Assembly: GCF_018977255.1 (NCBI RefSeq)
Contig: NW_024704742.1
Span: forward strand, 26,600,001 to 26,664,000
From: Callorhinchus milii
Taxonomy: Eukaryota
Direction: 5' to 3'
DNA length: 64,000 nt
In this document: positions 1 to 13,918 of the stretch, piece after piece
Layout: each line of letters opens with the position of its first letter
How positions within the stretch are numbered: position 1 is the first letter of the stretch
Translations under genes and position numbers: made by a program
Notes under the pieces: model-generated
What the model was told of the DNA's origin: nothing
Databases searched by the model: none
The model's input: only the letters and a program-made list of their open reading frames with translations

Positions 1-46
1 ATACACATCAAGAGGTAGACACATTGCAACAATTCCCCAAATAAAA

Positions 47-210
47 TTGGTCATTTACTCCAAAGCTGTTTTTGAGACATTGTTGTACGCAAATTGACTG
101 TCATGTTCATCCACAAAATACATAGTCACAGCATTTTACAGTATATTTAGCAAAGTGCTTAGAGATGTCTCAAAGATGTGATAAGGTGCTATATCAATTG
201 CAATTATTAA
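47..210 (+). mobile_element. SINE 3' tail, representative of many tail-only copies (e.g. ~1690, 2895, 5525, 17920, 23090, 30050, 32195, 41985, 45125, 56555, 59730, 60700, 62305, 62575 on plus; ~15160, 24010, 24225, 27955, 50115, 54452, 63500 on minus)
   Basis: Recurrent consensus cacaaaatatacagtcaattcactttacagtatattctgtgaagcgctttgagacgtc...gataaggcgctatatcaaatgcaagga(tta)n. Confidence 0.85.
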
Positions 211-944
211 AATAATTATAATAAATGATTTGGACAATTTGTCTCATCATACTTTGTGAAATTCTACAGTAGATTCAAAAGAGAGTAGGGAACGTTTTGG
301 ACGTTTAGCTAATGAAGAGAAGAAATCGAAAACCCAACATTACTTTGTATAAATCCCCCAGAATTACACAGTTATTTTAGATGATGTGCTTATATATGTG
401 TCCACTCCCGACTGACACTTGCACACTGTGCCCAGAATTACACGGGTGGATAATTAGGATGAATGTCATTAGGAAGCAGCAGTACATCAAAGAGTTAATT
501 AACAAACCACAGAGAGGATTCAAAGCTAATAATTACTGTGAAACAGGCATTGATTGTCCCACATGGGCAAGTAGGATATGTGACCAGCAGCCACCTTCTG
601 CAGTTAACAATTCATCCATTGTCGCTTGCTTTTTGGTACCGAAGTAATATTCTGCTCACTACCCAAAAGACAAACAATATAGTTTTACCTGAAGCAATTG
701 TTGGCTACAGCAGACATGAACTTTACGATCTTTCCAAGCCAACACAACTGGGGCAGGGTGGGTGGGTGGGGAGGGAAGGTAAGGTCTAGTTCTATGGGTG
801 CTACAATTTCTCCACTTATCTCCCTCCACCCACCCAACTTCAGTAAACTGGCATCCACACATGCTCACTTTTCAGGGGCTATGAGAAGCACAACAGAGGA
901 GAGTGACAAGGATGACTGCCATTGTTAGAGCAATGAGCTTCAAG

Positions 945-1308
945 CAAAGTTTGGATAAGCTAGAGCTCTTCAATCTTCAGAGAAGATGTCTCAAAGAGGA
1001 CCTTATAGGAGTGTGTAACATTTTGATTGAAAAAGTAAACCCAAAACATTAGTTTAGGACAGTGGAACCAGAGGACATTTGCTTAGGTTTGCAAAGAGTA
1101 ATTTCATGACAAACACCAGGAAGTCTTTCTTTACCCAGACATTAATTAATGACTTGAACAGGTTGATAGGAAGGGTGGTTGAGATGAGGATGCTGGGTTC
1201 CATTTAAAAAGCAGCTTGATGCTGTGATGGGATTGTGGTCAGGTAGGAATTCTGGAAGGATGAGATTGAATGAGCTGAAGGGTCTTTTCTCATCTAAAAC
1301 AATCTTGA
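945..1308 (+). mobile_element. Old CR1 3' fragment
   Basis: Degenerate equivalents of the LF.L..R.L..DL and TRGH regions, plus tttaaaaagcagcttgat and tail gaatgagctgaagggtcttttctc. Confidence 0.7.
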
Positions 1309-3784
1309 GGTGATTTACAGCACACCAAATGCTTCCCTGGGTCAGATCAGCTAACTGAGCACAGAACAAAGATTTGTACAGTTTAGTATTTTTGAATGTA
1401 GGCAGCAACTTTACATTTGAAATTCTCATTTGCTAACAGTATGTAAAGCTGCACCATAATATTTTCCTTATCCCCTTTTCCCTCCAAAGTCACTCGTAAA
1501 TTTCAGGCCTTTGAGGTGCTCTGTTCCCTTCCACAGCACTTTAGACAATTACTTTACTTGGCCAGGCTTTCAGAAGCAGTGTATGCAGCACGTTGTTAAA
1601 CTCACAATTAAAATTCAAATGAAACTTTGCTAAGTACAGGAAGCCTGTTTAAGCTCTACTGCATCTCTTTTAGCTACACTCAGACCCACACTTTCGCCCA
1701 CAAAATATAGTCAATTCACTTTAAAGTATATTCTCTGAAGCGCTTTGAGACATCTTGAAGACGTTATAAGGTGTTGAATCAAATGCAGGGATTATTATTA
1801 TTATACTCAACTAACAAATATTAATGGTGCAGAATACTATTGAAGCAAAATATTACACTCTCAATAGAAGTCAGTGCATTAAAGCAAATGTCAAGTGGAA
1901 ACAATACATTCTCGGCACTATAAAAATAGACAACCTACAACTTTATTTCGTGCTCTGCCCCATTGCATTTGATCACATAGGAATCGTGAAACACATTTCC
2001 CAATACAGTAGTGGATGGGATAAAATAATGCATAAAGAAGCAACTTACACACCATGGTTTGAGGTAAATGCAATACTTTTACAGTTATTGACAATGTTTA
2101 GTTTTGTCATACTCTGTATCCATACAGAAGACCTGTACATTACCAGTGCACCCCACACCAATAGCAACAGCCTAAAATATCACCAGCCAAGAAATGATTA
2201 TCATGCAAAATCAGAGGTCAATGGTCCGCTGAATGCAACATGCCTGCTGCAAGTCTGACAAAGCACAAGACTAGCTCAAATGTCTGGGGAACTATTATCA
2301 TACACTGCTTATTCCTCAACAGATTATTGCAGAGGCAATGTGATCATGAATTTCTGATTTGCAAACCAAAGATTCCAGATTGCAAATAAATGTTGGACTT
2401 TGCATATTTAACACATTTGCAATCCATTATCATATTGCTGAGCAATTTTGAAACCCAAAGGAATCTTCTCTCTTTAAAGAACGATTCAACCTGAAACAAA
2501 TGGGCCAAATAGCCTCCTGTGGTGTCGCACATTTCTAGGTTTCGAATGGGTTCCTGTCTCACTGGATTCTCATCTCCCTGGAACAATGTGTTTAAAATTA
2601 CAAAACCTTCATGTTAAAAACAGTCTCCTCGGAAGCAAGTTCTGAAATAATCCCAGCAGATTCCCAGTGCAGCAATGCGCAACAGTGTCATTATAACTAA
2701 TTAAAACATTACAACTATCACAATAAATTGCTCACAGTGAAATGGCAAAGTTCCTTTAAAAGACTGCATTTTTGTTCAGCATATTCGTCAAAGTGATAAT
2801 TTTTTCCCCAATATGTTCTAAATCTAAGTCATTTTATACATACCGATATGGACAGCCTCTTCAGCATCACCTTCTGCATGAATTGCATATTCTGCCAATA
2901 TTGGCTGCCGTGTTTGCCCACAGAACACAGGCACTACACTTTACAGTATATCCTGTGAATCGCTTTTGGCTGTCCTCCTGCTGCAAATGGTGCCGTACCA
3001 AATATAAAATGTAACGTAATGTTGGGCAGGGACTTTGCAACATGAGGAAAATGAGAGAAAATGTTGTGATCTTTACCAAATCAGCTGAATCTTAAGCAAG
3101 AAAATAAATCACAATATTTGCATTAAAACCTTTATTTTAAGAAAAAGTCAATTCAATTTATATGGAAACTATGCCCGCGGGAGTGCAAGTCTGGGGAGTG
3201 CCAACCCAATTTCCACTTGGCATAAGACCACATTACCAAAAGCACGTACAATACTTAACATAACACGAGATAAGTCATCCATCCCATTTCTTCCACAAAC
3301 CATATATTGGCGGTGTTGTGGACATTATCTGACTGACCCACTCAATCTCCTCAGTCAATCACTCGAGCTCTAAGACAATTAAATTTACTCCCCAGCATCC
3401 AAGAACAATTGAACAAAAATTCTTAATATCAATGCTATTGATATAAAACTAATCTGTTGCAAAGCAGCAATTTCAGAAAAACTATAGAAGATGTGAAGGA
3501 AATGAGTGAAGAAATAAATACTGTAGTAAAACCACTTACATTTGATATGGCACCATTTCATGTTGGAAGTATATCTCAAAGCGCTTGTTTTACTGGATTT
3601 ACTGTAAATGTAAAGACTTTTTTTAATTAGTTGCAAGGGCTGCAAGACATTTGGGCACAAAATACAGAAATAACTTTGGTGCAAAAAGGAATATTATTCT
3701 CTGAGGCTGTGGTGAAAACAAATTTATTTCATTCCATATCTACTGGTACTATCATCGAGTTTCCTCTAAAACCCATTGATGCTA

Positions 3785-4149
3785 TAATAATAATCTTTGC
3801 ATTTGATAGAACGCCTTATCACGTCTTTGAAACATCTCAAAGCGCTTCAGAGAATATACTGTAAAGTGAATTTTCTATATTTTGTGGGAGAAATGTGGCA
3901 GCCAATTGCACACAGCAACGTCTCACAAACAGTTGTTGATTGAGTGACCAAATTTTTATTATTTATTTTGAAGGGATTATTACCCCCGGAAAGTGATCCG
4001 CCATTCAACTAACAACCAGGTTCCTACTTACTGCTTGGTAAACAGAGGTGTGTGGAGTAAGGAAACTTGCCCAGCATTCCGCCTGCCAGGAATCGAACCC
4101 TGGTCCTCTCGTTTGCAAAGCAAGTGCTCTAACCACTACACTACTGGAT
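3785..4149 (-). mobile_element. tRNA-derived SINE family A, long form
   Basis: tRNA-Ala(TGC)-like head with A/B boxes, gggcaagtttccttactccacac block, Deu/L2-like tail ending tatcaaatgcaaaga(tta)n. Confidence 0.9.
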
Positions 4150-4792
4150 TATTATTGTTATTAATATTATAATCTTTATGAAGCTTTGTCTCACTGTTCA
4201 TTTAGATCTCTGTTAAAAAGCACTGCCGATTGGCGTGATAGGGAACGGTAAAGTTGGCAGGAAGAGAGAATTTGCCGATACTTTAGCAAATCAGAAATGA
4301 ACGAGGATCCATTGAAAAGAAAGCACGGCCTCAAATTAGGGCAAGTGGGCTTCTTTGTGCTGAAAATGAATGATAATGATCTTCGGGTAATCACATTTAC
4401 ATATTTATGTTAATTCAACCTTAAATGGATTGATAGCCCTCTGCGCAACACCGAATTATCAGTTAGCTTCATTGAAAAAATAAAACTCAAGTTTTGACAG
4501 AAGCCTGTAAAAGCAAGGCCTACAATATATAAATTGTCAATTGTCTATACTGAATAAGTAATGAATCTCTGGTGGTATTGCAGTTTTGAAACAGGTAAAA
4601 GAAAAAGAAAAATAATGTCTTGGATTCCAGTTGGTGGCATAGTTTAGCAGATACACATTGAATCCACAACAGTAATCCAACATAACTGGGCAGTTATTTA
4701 TTAAAAAACAAAAATACCAAAATTGAAATAAAAATTTTTCAATTGTATTTAGTTTTTTGGTGTTGTTGTAATGCACGCACAAAGAGCTATTT

Positions 4793-5176
4793 GTCTGCCT
4801 GGCTCAGTTGGTAGCACTCTCGCCTCTGAATCAGAATGCTGTAGGTTCAAGACACACATCGAGACTTTGAACTTGTATCATCTCAGCTATATATTGGACA
4901 AGGGCTGCACTGTTAAGAGGTGGTGTCCTTTGGATGAGATATTAAAACTGAAATCCTGTCTTCCTGTTCAGCATTATTTCAAAAGAGAAAGCAGTTTCTC
5001 CCAGAGTCTTGGCCAACAATCCTCCACATAAAATTGGTCGTTCACGTCATGCATGTTTATTGGACACTTATATGCGCAAGTTGTCTGCCGTGTGCGCCTA
5101 AAAAAACACAGTCACTGCACTTTATACGATATTCTGTGAAACACTTAAAAGATGTCCTTCCTATATGAAAGGCACC
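4793..5176 (+). mobile_element. SINE family B (SacSINE1/Deu-like)
   Basis: cctggctcagttggtagcactctcgcctctgaatcagaa...ggatgagatattaaaactg...tgaaaggcac. Confidence 0.85.
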
Positions 5177-6877
5177 ACTATATTTTGCTGGATGACAGTG
5201 AGTGTAATACATGTTGATACAATGGTTGACAACCTAGAATCTGAAAAAGGTTAAGTTCCCTCCAACTTCTCCCCCACCCCACCCAATCTCAGCTGCTGCA
5301 TCTTTCTACAACTCTAGAGTCACAACAATGCCTGAAAATATTTTTCTAAGCTCTTAGAAAAGCTTCAACAATGCAGGTGGTCTATTAAATTCCAGGATTA
5401 TTCCTAGCAGCCTGCTGACACTTTCTGTCTGGACTCGCGCATAAATAGGCACGTGGGTGAATTCTCAGGGAATATTTGACACTCCAGCTGCATGGAGAGG
5501 AGAATATTTTAGGGTGGAGGTAAAAATTGCGCTGTGTGCAACTGGCTGCTGCATTTTGCCCATAAAATACACATTCAGTTCACTGTTCAGTGCAGTCTGT
5601 GAAACGCTTTGAGACGTCTCAACGATGTGATGAGGGGCTATGTCAAACGCAAGGATTATTATTTAAAATAATCACAGCTCTAGTATTTGGTAGTCAGGCT
5701 TTGACACCTCTGCTATGTGTAAATAATTTCTCACTTCTTTCCACAGGGGTTTTGGATTGCATGTTCTCAATTATCAAGCTCTCTTTCTTTTCCGCCTCTT
5801 CATTTTGCTAAAATTCACCCTGTATCCAGTGACAGTTTGAAGAAAACTCTGCCAAATGGGAATTTGAATGCAATTAATACAAGACAGCCCCAAACGGCAG
5901 ATTCCACCCAGTCCTCACATACCCTCAAGCTTGTGTCAGTCAGATTACTGCAAAGAATGACATGAAAGTGGGAAAGATTTCATGGTTGTTTACTGGATAA
6001 GTCAGGACTTTTCACCCTAAACAAGAGATGCAAGGTTATATGCGCTCCGTAAATAAATAATCTCCTAAAACGCACAATTTAGTTTTTGAAATATGTGTCT
6101 TAAGTGCAAGCATGCAGTGATATTTCATCTTTTTTAAAAAAAAATCATATGAACACTGACCACACTGTAAGAATAATAATCTGGTGGACACTAAGCCTGA
6201 ACCTCTGATTGAAGATATCAAAATGGAAATATATGGGCTAAATATATTGGAGGATATAGCAGCTATATGCCAATTACTGACAATATGTTAAAGAGTCCTC
6301 ATGATGCTACACAAGAACTGTAATCCTCTCCATTTCAACTTGAGTTTGAGGAGGGTTTTAAGACACACAGCATTTTGGTTTTTCAAATATTTTCTACAGA
6401 CTTGTTCTTGCATTATGCAGAATCTAAAGCTGGAACATCAAACCTGATATCAAACCAAATCAGAAACTTATTGAATGGATGGATTTATCACCACCAAATT
6501 CCTGTTGAGATAAAACTGTTTTATCAACCAGATCATCCAGTGATCTAAAGTGACCTTTCAGCTTTGTGCTTTCTGCATCAGTTGTGTAGTGTCTAATACA
6601 GTTTACAATGTTTGCCAGAATATATATATTGAGCTCTGGATCAACAGAAAGAGTGACTAACGGAAATGGGGATGAAAGCTTAATGATGTCTAAGAGGTTT
6701 TGGCTGAATAATGGAAATACTGGTAGTAAATAAAACAAGGTGTCCGAAGATCCTTCCCAAAGTTCAACCAGAACAGGCCACTATTTTCTGTAAGACAACA
6801 ACAACTTGCATTTATATAATTGCACTTCACGTGGGTAGTGTCTCGGAGCACTTAAAAAGAGTCAAGCTGAATAAAAT

Positions 6878-7230
6878 GTCAGCCTGGCTTGCCTCTGAGT
6901 CAGAAAATTATGAATTCAAGCACCACGTTGAGACTGAGTTCACAGTCCAGGCTGAAACTCAAATAATAAATGATAATAATCCTTGCATTTGATATAGCGC
7001 CTTATCACGTTTTCTATACTGTAAATATACTGTAAAGTGAATTGAGCAATGGATTATCAGTCATATTGTCTATTGAATAAGATGTTAAAAAAAAGAGACC
7101 CGGTCTGCTTGTTCAGGTAGAAGTCAAAGATCACATAGCACAATTCAAAAAGAGAAGGGAGTTTCTTCCCAGTATCCTGGTCATCAGTCCCCCAGATAAA
7201 ATAGGTCATTCACATTAGGGCTATTTGCCA
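6878..7230 (+). mobile_element. SINE family B with an inverted SINE tail (~6962-7045) inside it
   Basis: gtcagcctggcttgcctctgagtcagaa...ggctgaaactc [aataatccttgcatttgatatagcg] ...gatgttaaa...aaagatcacatagcac. Confidence 0.75.
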
Positions 7231-9606
7231 TTCCCTGTAATAATAGTTTGCAAAGCTTTTGACAAAGTTTTACATAAAATACAGTTAATACTACTAAAAG
7301 TCACAAAAGTCCTGGGAAATGTGAAATTCACAATACAGAATGGCTTCTCTAGCCCATAATATCCTTCAAAGTATCCTTCATACATAGATATTCAGATTGG
7401 TTGCAAATAGGCTATTAAAAAATCTAATTGAACTTGAAACTGCTAAACCTAGGCATTGGAGTCTCAGATATTCATGTGAGATATAAATAATGCTTACAAG
7501 TACAAAAAAGAAATGTTGATGTATTTAGCAACCGAAGATGGATTTGGTGTGTGAACAGAAAAACTGAAATCACTGCGAAACTAAAGGATCACAACCAAAA
7601 GAAGAGATAGACAAACTGTCTCGAGAAGTCATCAACATGCCTAATGCATGACACCAGGATTCAATTGGAGGGTAAAAAGACACGTGATTGGGATCTCTAA
7701 CACACCTCCATGATTGACAATTTGAAAGGATGAAAGCAGAAAAATTAAAAGCAATCCCTTCAAACTCAATTCAAAATCTGATTCAATCCTATTATGGTCC
7801 TTTTCGTTTTGGTAAGTGCTATTGATTTCAATAGAAATTTGTTACTTTATACCCAGAAGCAGAAAACCTTAAAAGTTCTTTGAGCCTTGGCCATTTTTGA
7901 TTTGCTCAATAGCTTCACTCAATTTAACAGATCCTGAAAGATTGCTAATTAAAACTGTACCACCAAAGAGATTTTTCAGGTTTAAGAGAAGAGTGCTGTG
8001 CTCTTCATTGCTGGGGTTTTCATTCATATATATGCAGCTCAGATATCCAATCGATTAGGAATGTGATTACCTCACAGACTTTTGTTCCAAATTCAGATTC
8101 ACATTCAATCTGGACAGTCACTGAACCACCTCACCAGGAAATCTTCCAGCAGGAAAAGCATGATCAGTTATAGAAAACTGCACCAGGACAATTTCTTCTG
8201 TGATCCACAAAAATGATCAGTTGGTCCAACCACATGCTAATTTTGAGCTGATACTAGAAATGACAAGGAAATGATTATTTGCTACCTGGTAATGACAAGT
8301 CGGTCATGACATCTGATTCAGACAATGCCACAAAACACAAGGTTGGTGGGGGGGGGGGTTGGGGCGGGGGGAAGGGTATGCAACCAGTTTGCAGCAATCA
8401 TCTGGATCCTGAGAAACTTTATTATGAAATGATTCAGATGCATCAGATTTTAATATAGTGTGGGTTGAATTAAGGGATGAATGAATTTCGAAACAATTAC
8501 ATTAAATGCACTTGCTGCCAATACTGCATTAAGTGCAAGTACAAATAAAAAGCTATTAAAACAGGCATTTGGTTTCAGCTGCTGATTATTTCCCACTCCA
8601 GGCTATTGTACTGGATACGCTGACAGGTTAAGTCATTCCACAACTGACTGATTCTTATGGCTCCCAATGTTACACTTTTTATTCAACAAATTTCAATTAC
8701 AAACAGAATAAAAACTGAGCTGCTTGCACGATGTTTAACATAAAATAGCCATTTCTCACAATGTGATAAACAGGTATAAAATGTACAACCATATTCAAGC
8801 TCAGTGATCAATGTACAGGATAGTTCCAATCTGTACAGCTGCTAAGTCAATGCAATATGCTATATTTCAAGGAATGAGACCTACACTAATGTCACTGGTG
8901 TTTTCAAGGGAGAGTGAGCTTGAGCAGTGAACTGGTTATGTGTTTGACTGAAGTTCTTTTCTTAAAAAATGACCTAGGGCCAGTGTCTGATTCCTTTCAC
9001 TGCTATATGGTCAAGACCTTTACTCAGGGGCATAGATTTCTTTGGGGTTTTTTTAAATATAAAAGGTGAGGTTGCTGGAGCTTTTAAGGTTATGCAAGTC
9101 TTTAACTCAATCAATAAACAAAAAGGTCACATCTGTATTTGTCACAGGAGCATAAATGAAAGTACCAGATTCAACCTAGTCGTTGAGAGGGTATAGAGAA
9201 TGTGAGCGCAAGAGCAATCTACCACTACTGACCCTTTCATTGTCACAGGGCTGACTGCAGGATAAGATAACATTTTCAAGAATGACATGAACCTGATAGT
9301 TTGGGTTTGCAATGCTATCTTCCACTTCACCAATCCTTCACCATGGTGTGCCATTCACCAGGTTAAAAGTATAAATCAACACCACTAAGCAAGGAATAAA
9401 GTACATCATTATAAAGTAGTTAAAATTAAAAAAGTGTATGGATGTGAGATTTGCGTTTTCATCATTCATTCAATTGTTATATTATGTATTTCTCACTCAG
9501 CTCGTCCAAGCCAAAGCCCTAAAGGGTATTAACCTTGGGAGCGCCTTGGGATGTCCTCCTGGCGTGAAAGGCGCTCAATAAATGGAATCTTGTTGTTGTT
9601 GTTGTA

Positions 9607-9775
9607 ACCTGGCTCAGTTGGTAGCACAGAAAGTTGTGGATTCAAGCCCTTCATCTGGAATTTGAAGTCACAGTCTTGGCTGAAACTCCAGTGAGGTGCT
9701 GGGGGAATGCTGCATTGTTAGAGGTGTCAGCCTTCAGATGAGACACTAAACTGAGGTCCCGTTCAGGTGACGCCT
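9607..9775 (+). mobile_element. SINE family B 5' part, following an L2-type tail (9530-9605)
   Basis: cctggctcagttggtagcac...cagatgagacactaaactgaggtccc. Confidence 0.8.
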
Positions 9776-10507
9776 ACAGACCATAAGATCGTAGGAATCT
9801 GTGACAATGACTTTAGTTTTACAAGGGTCTCGAAACACTGCCATCCACTGAACCTTATCAAAATAAAGGCACATTGGAGGTTATTAGAGACACTGATAAA
9901 ATACTCTGTTTTAGCATTAAACTTCCATCATTGAATCAGTATTGCATATGCAGTCAAACTGCATCATAACCATAATACGCAGAAAGCAATTGCTGATGTG
10001 CAATATTGGATGCATTGCCCAAAATTCAATCACTCTGTTATTCCCAATGCTTCATACAATCTGCAAAAGGCAGAACTGGTCTCACCATTACATTTCCCTC
10101 AGCCCACTCACAATGCCCATAAAAAAAATGTTGCATTATTAACTTTATTAAACACAAAGCAGCTGGAATCCAGCAGCTCGTTTCTGTAGGAAATAATCCC
10201 ATTTATTTTCTAGAAGTTCAATGGATTTAGGAAAATGAAATCTAAATTAATATGATTCACCAGGCATTTAGTTTACAGTAAATAGCAATGCTACTCCAGC
10301 ACTGTTTCAACTATTGTTATGCACCGACCTTGTTTTTCTGATGGGTTTCGTATTTATGAGAACAGGCACTGACCTGCTACTTGGGAGTTTCACAAGAGGA
10401 ATGATAGTGGGTGGGAATAAAAAGGTAGGAAATTCATCCCAAAGGCCACTTGTGTAATTCCCGATGGCTGGTAAATTATTATTATTAAATTATTTATGAC
10501 TGAAGAC

Positions 10508-12620
10508 AACAACAAGATTACATTTGTTATGTATGTTACGTTATGGGGGAATAACATAAAGACAGTAGGCCTTTCACGTCGGGAGGACGTCCCAAGACAC
10601 TGGACAGAGTACAGCATTTCAGACTTGAGCTGGGTTCGGGGGGGGGGGGGGGGGAGGGGAAGGGGGGTGGCCGATGGCATGGTCAAAGCAGAGGATCTTG
10701 AGGCGGGACTTGAAGGAGGCTAAGGAGTGGGGGAGGCGGAGTGACTGGGGGATGGAATTCCAGAGGTTGGGGGCAGAGTGGTTGAAGGCTCTCCCACCAA
10801 TGGTGAGGTGGGTGGGCCAGGGGACATGGAGCAGGTGGAAGCCGGTTGAGCGGAGGGAACGGGCGGGTTGGGAGGGGATTAGGAGGTCGCAGAGGTAGGG
10901 TGGGGCGAGGCCATGGAGGGCTTTGTATGTGAGGACCAGGATCTTGAACTGGATCCTTTGAAGGATAGGGAGCTAATGGAGTCAGGCAAGAATGGGGGAG
11001 ATGGGGTCACGGAGTTTGGTGCAGGAGAGGCCACGGGCTGCAGAGTTAGTTCTGGATTATCTGCAGCCTGTGGAGGGAGGAGTTGGGAAGGCCGACAAGC
11101 AGGGCGTTTGCATAGTCGAGCCTGGAGGTGATGAAGGCATGAACAAGAGTTTCAGCGGCCTGAGGGGTGAGGTAGTGGCGAAGTCGGGCGATGTTATGGA
11201 GGTGAGGGGAAGCAGAGCGGGTCATGGCTTGGATGTGGGGGAGAAAAGACAGTTGAGGGTCGAACAAGACACCTAGGTTCCTGACTGGCTTGGTGAGTTG
11301 TAGTGAGCAACCATGGAGGTTGATGCTGCCAGAGCCTGAGGTGCAGAGGCGTTGGCGCGAACCAATCTGGAGGGCCTCAGTCTTGTTCACATTCAACTGT
11401 AGGAAATTTGTCCTCATCCAGGACTTGGTGTCCGACAGACAGTCTGTCAGGACAGCAGTGGTCCTGGAATTGAGGGTGGAGGCAGAAAGATAGAGTTGGG
11501 TGTCATCCACATACATGTCTGCGGATGATGTCACCAAGGGGGAGGATGTAGATATTAAAGAGGAGAGGGTCAAGGACAGAGCCCTGAGGGACGCCAGACG
11601 TGACAGTGTGGGGGCTGGAGGAGAAACCGTTAGCGGCAACAAAGTGGAGATGGTGAGAGAGAGAAGAATTGAACCAGGCAAGGGCAGATCCAAGAAGATT
11701 GAGTAAAGCGGAGCGGCGGTGTATGAGGATGGAGTGGTCGACAGTGTCGAAGGCAGCAGAGAGGTCGAGGAAGACAAGGAGGCCGAGGCAGCCCCTGATC
11801 ACAGATGTTTAGGATGTCACTAGTCACTTCGACCAAGGCTGTTTCCGTGCTGTGGACAGCGCGGAAGCTGGATTGGAGGGTTTCAAAGAGGGAATGGCGA
11901 GAGAGAAAGGAGCGGAGCTGGGACGCGATGACTCGTTCCAGGACCTTGAAGAGGAATGGGAGGTCAGAGATGGGGCGGTAGCTGAAGAGGAGGGATGGAT
12001 TCAGGGAAGGTTTTTTCAGGATGGGGGTGATGACAGCTGTTTTTAGGGGGGTGGGAACTGAACCGGTGGACAGGGAGAGGTCGATGACATTGGACAGGAG
12101 GGGGGCCAGAAGGTGGAGCTGGGAGACAAGGAGAGAGGTGGGGATGGGATCAAGGGAGCAGGTGATGGGTTTGAGTTTGCGGACAGTCGTGGTGAGGGAG
12201 GAGGGAGAGATAGGGTCGAAGGAGTATAGGGGGGATGGGTGGAGGGTGGGTCCTGAGGGAGAGGTGATGTAGGGATGGCTGTGGACGGGGCTGAGGTGGC
12301 TGAACGTGTCCCCTCGATTTTAGATTTGAGGAAGTCCAGCATCTCCTCGCAGTTGGAGTTTTAGGAGAGGATGGGCGAGGTATGGGAAGGTGGATGGAGG
12401 AGATGGTTAGTGGTGGAAAAGAAGCCAGGCGTTGTCCTTTGCCTCCAAGATAACCTTGGAGTAGAAGGAGGATTTGGCAGAGGTAACAGCGCAGCGGTAA
12501 GGTCTTGGTGTGGTGAAGCCAAATCTGCCGAAGGACCGTTAGTTTGGATTTGGTCCAGGCGCGTTCGGCAGCTCGCACTTGTGCCTTGAAGGAACGGAGA
12601 TGGCTGATGTACCAGGGGGA
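10508..12620 (-). mobile_element. L2-clade LINE, 5'-truncated, frameshifted RT and 3' tail
   Basis: Minus ORFs give LDLSAAFDTVDH, GVPQGSVLDPLLF, YVDDTQLY, LQLNVNKTE, VRNLGVLFD, HAFITSRLDYAN; tail cttgggacgtcctcccgacgtgaaaggc...ttgttg. Confidence 0.95.
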
Positions 12621-13227
12621 TTTATGACTGAAGACTTTCCTCTTCGACTGTACTTTTACCTCCTCCCTCTCCCCGGCTCAGCATCAGGCTCCGCCACTAC
12701 TAAGCGAAGACGCTGCCTCTCGTGATATATAAATGCACTATATAAATGCAAGTTGTTGTTGGTTCATGAAAGAAAGAGTAGGAACAAATTATTGGGTCAT
12801 TACATCTCTGTGGAATAAGCAAACACATGGCATGGGGAGAGAAGAGAAAAGGGAAATGAACAGATCTTAAGATATGAGATGAGAAACAACAGGCAGAGAG
12901 AGAATTAGTCTGACACACAGCGATTCCCAGATCAGAAACAACTGTGCAATACTGTTAAGCAGCAGCAGCAGCATTGTGAAAGAACTAGTGGTGACATTCA
13001 GCCACCAGCACACAAAGTATTTAACTCCCAGCACTGAAAATGAAAAATATACATTTTACCATTCAGCAGGCATGATGAGGACAACATTTAACAACTATCA
13101 CTATCTGACAAGTACTGAGTATTGCAATGGTTTAGCCCATCTTTCTCTTGTTGATTGTAAAGATCCTATGTGGAGCAATCTCAACCTAATTCCAAGAGCA
13201 TGAGCCCACGGTATATAACGTACTAGG

Positions 13228-13918
13228 TGTCAGCCTGGCTCAATTAATAATAATAATAATCTTTGCGTTTGAGGTAGCGCTTTTCACATCTTCTTGACGT
13301 CTCAAAGCGCTTCACAGAATATACTGTAAAGAGGATTCACTGTATATTTGTGGGCGAAATGCAGCAGCCAAATTGCATACAGCAGTGTCCCACAAACATC
13401 CGTGGATTGAAGTGACCAATTTATTATTGTCTTTTTTTTCTTGAGGGATTATTATTAGGCGTGTGGAGTAAGGAAACTTGCCAAAGGTATCGCCCTGCCA
13501 GGAATTGAACCCAGGTCTCTCGCTTGAGAGGCGAGTGCTCTTACCACTGAGCTACAGGACTCCACTTGGTAGCACTCTCGCCCCCGAGGCAGAAGGTTGC
13601 GTGTTCAAGATCAGGACTTGGAACCCATACTGGCTATGCTGACACTCCAATGTTTTGCTGCGGGTCAGAGATGAGACATTAAACTGAGGTCCCATTTATC
13701 TGTCCAGGTGGACATTGAAGATCCTCAGGCACTATGCAAAAATCCCCCAAATAAAAAATGTCACTTACTGCATGGCTGTTTGTGGGACATTGCTGCACGA
13801 AAATTGGTTGCCATATTCACCCACAAAATACACACAGTCAATCTACTTTACAGAATATCCTATGAAGTGCTTTGAGATGTCTCAACAATGTGATAAGGCT
13901 CTATATCAAATTCAAATC
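13228..13918 (+). mobile_element. SINE family B (SacSINE1/Deu-like), split by the family A insertion
   Basis: gtcagcctggctcaatt|ttggtagcactctcgcc...gatgagacattaaactgaggtccc...ctgtttgtgggacattgctg...tatatcaaat. Confidence 0.85.
13246..13565 (-). mobile_element. SINE family A, short form, full length, nested in a family B SINE head
   Basis: Minus strand starts gtggagtcctgtagctcagtggtaagagcactcgc; (tta)n tail. Confidence 0.92.

Noticed and set aside
1824..2258. 144-aa ORF
   Set aside because: No recognisable domain or splice context; consistent with chance in AT-rich DNA.
11046..11777. 243-aa ORF, and the 33555-34136 and 40147-40536 ORFs, as host genes
   Set aside because: Frameshifted L2/CR1 reverse-transcriptase remnants.
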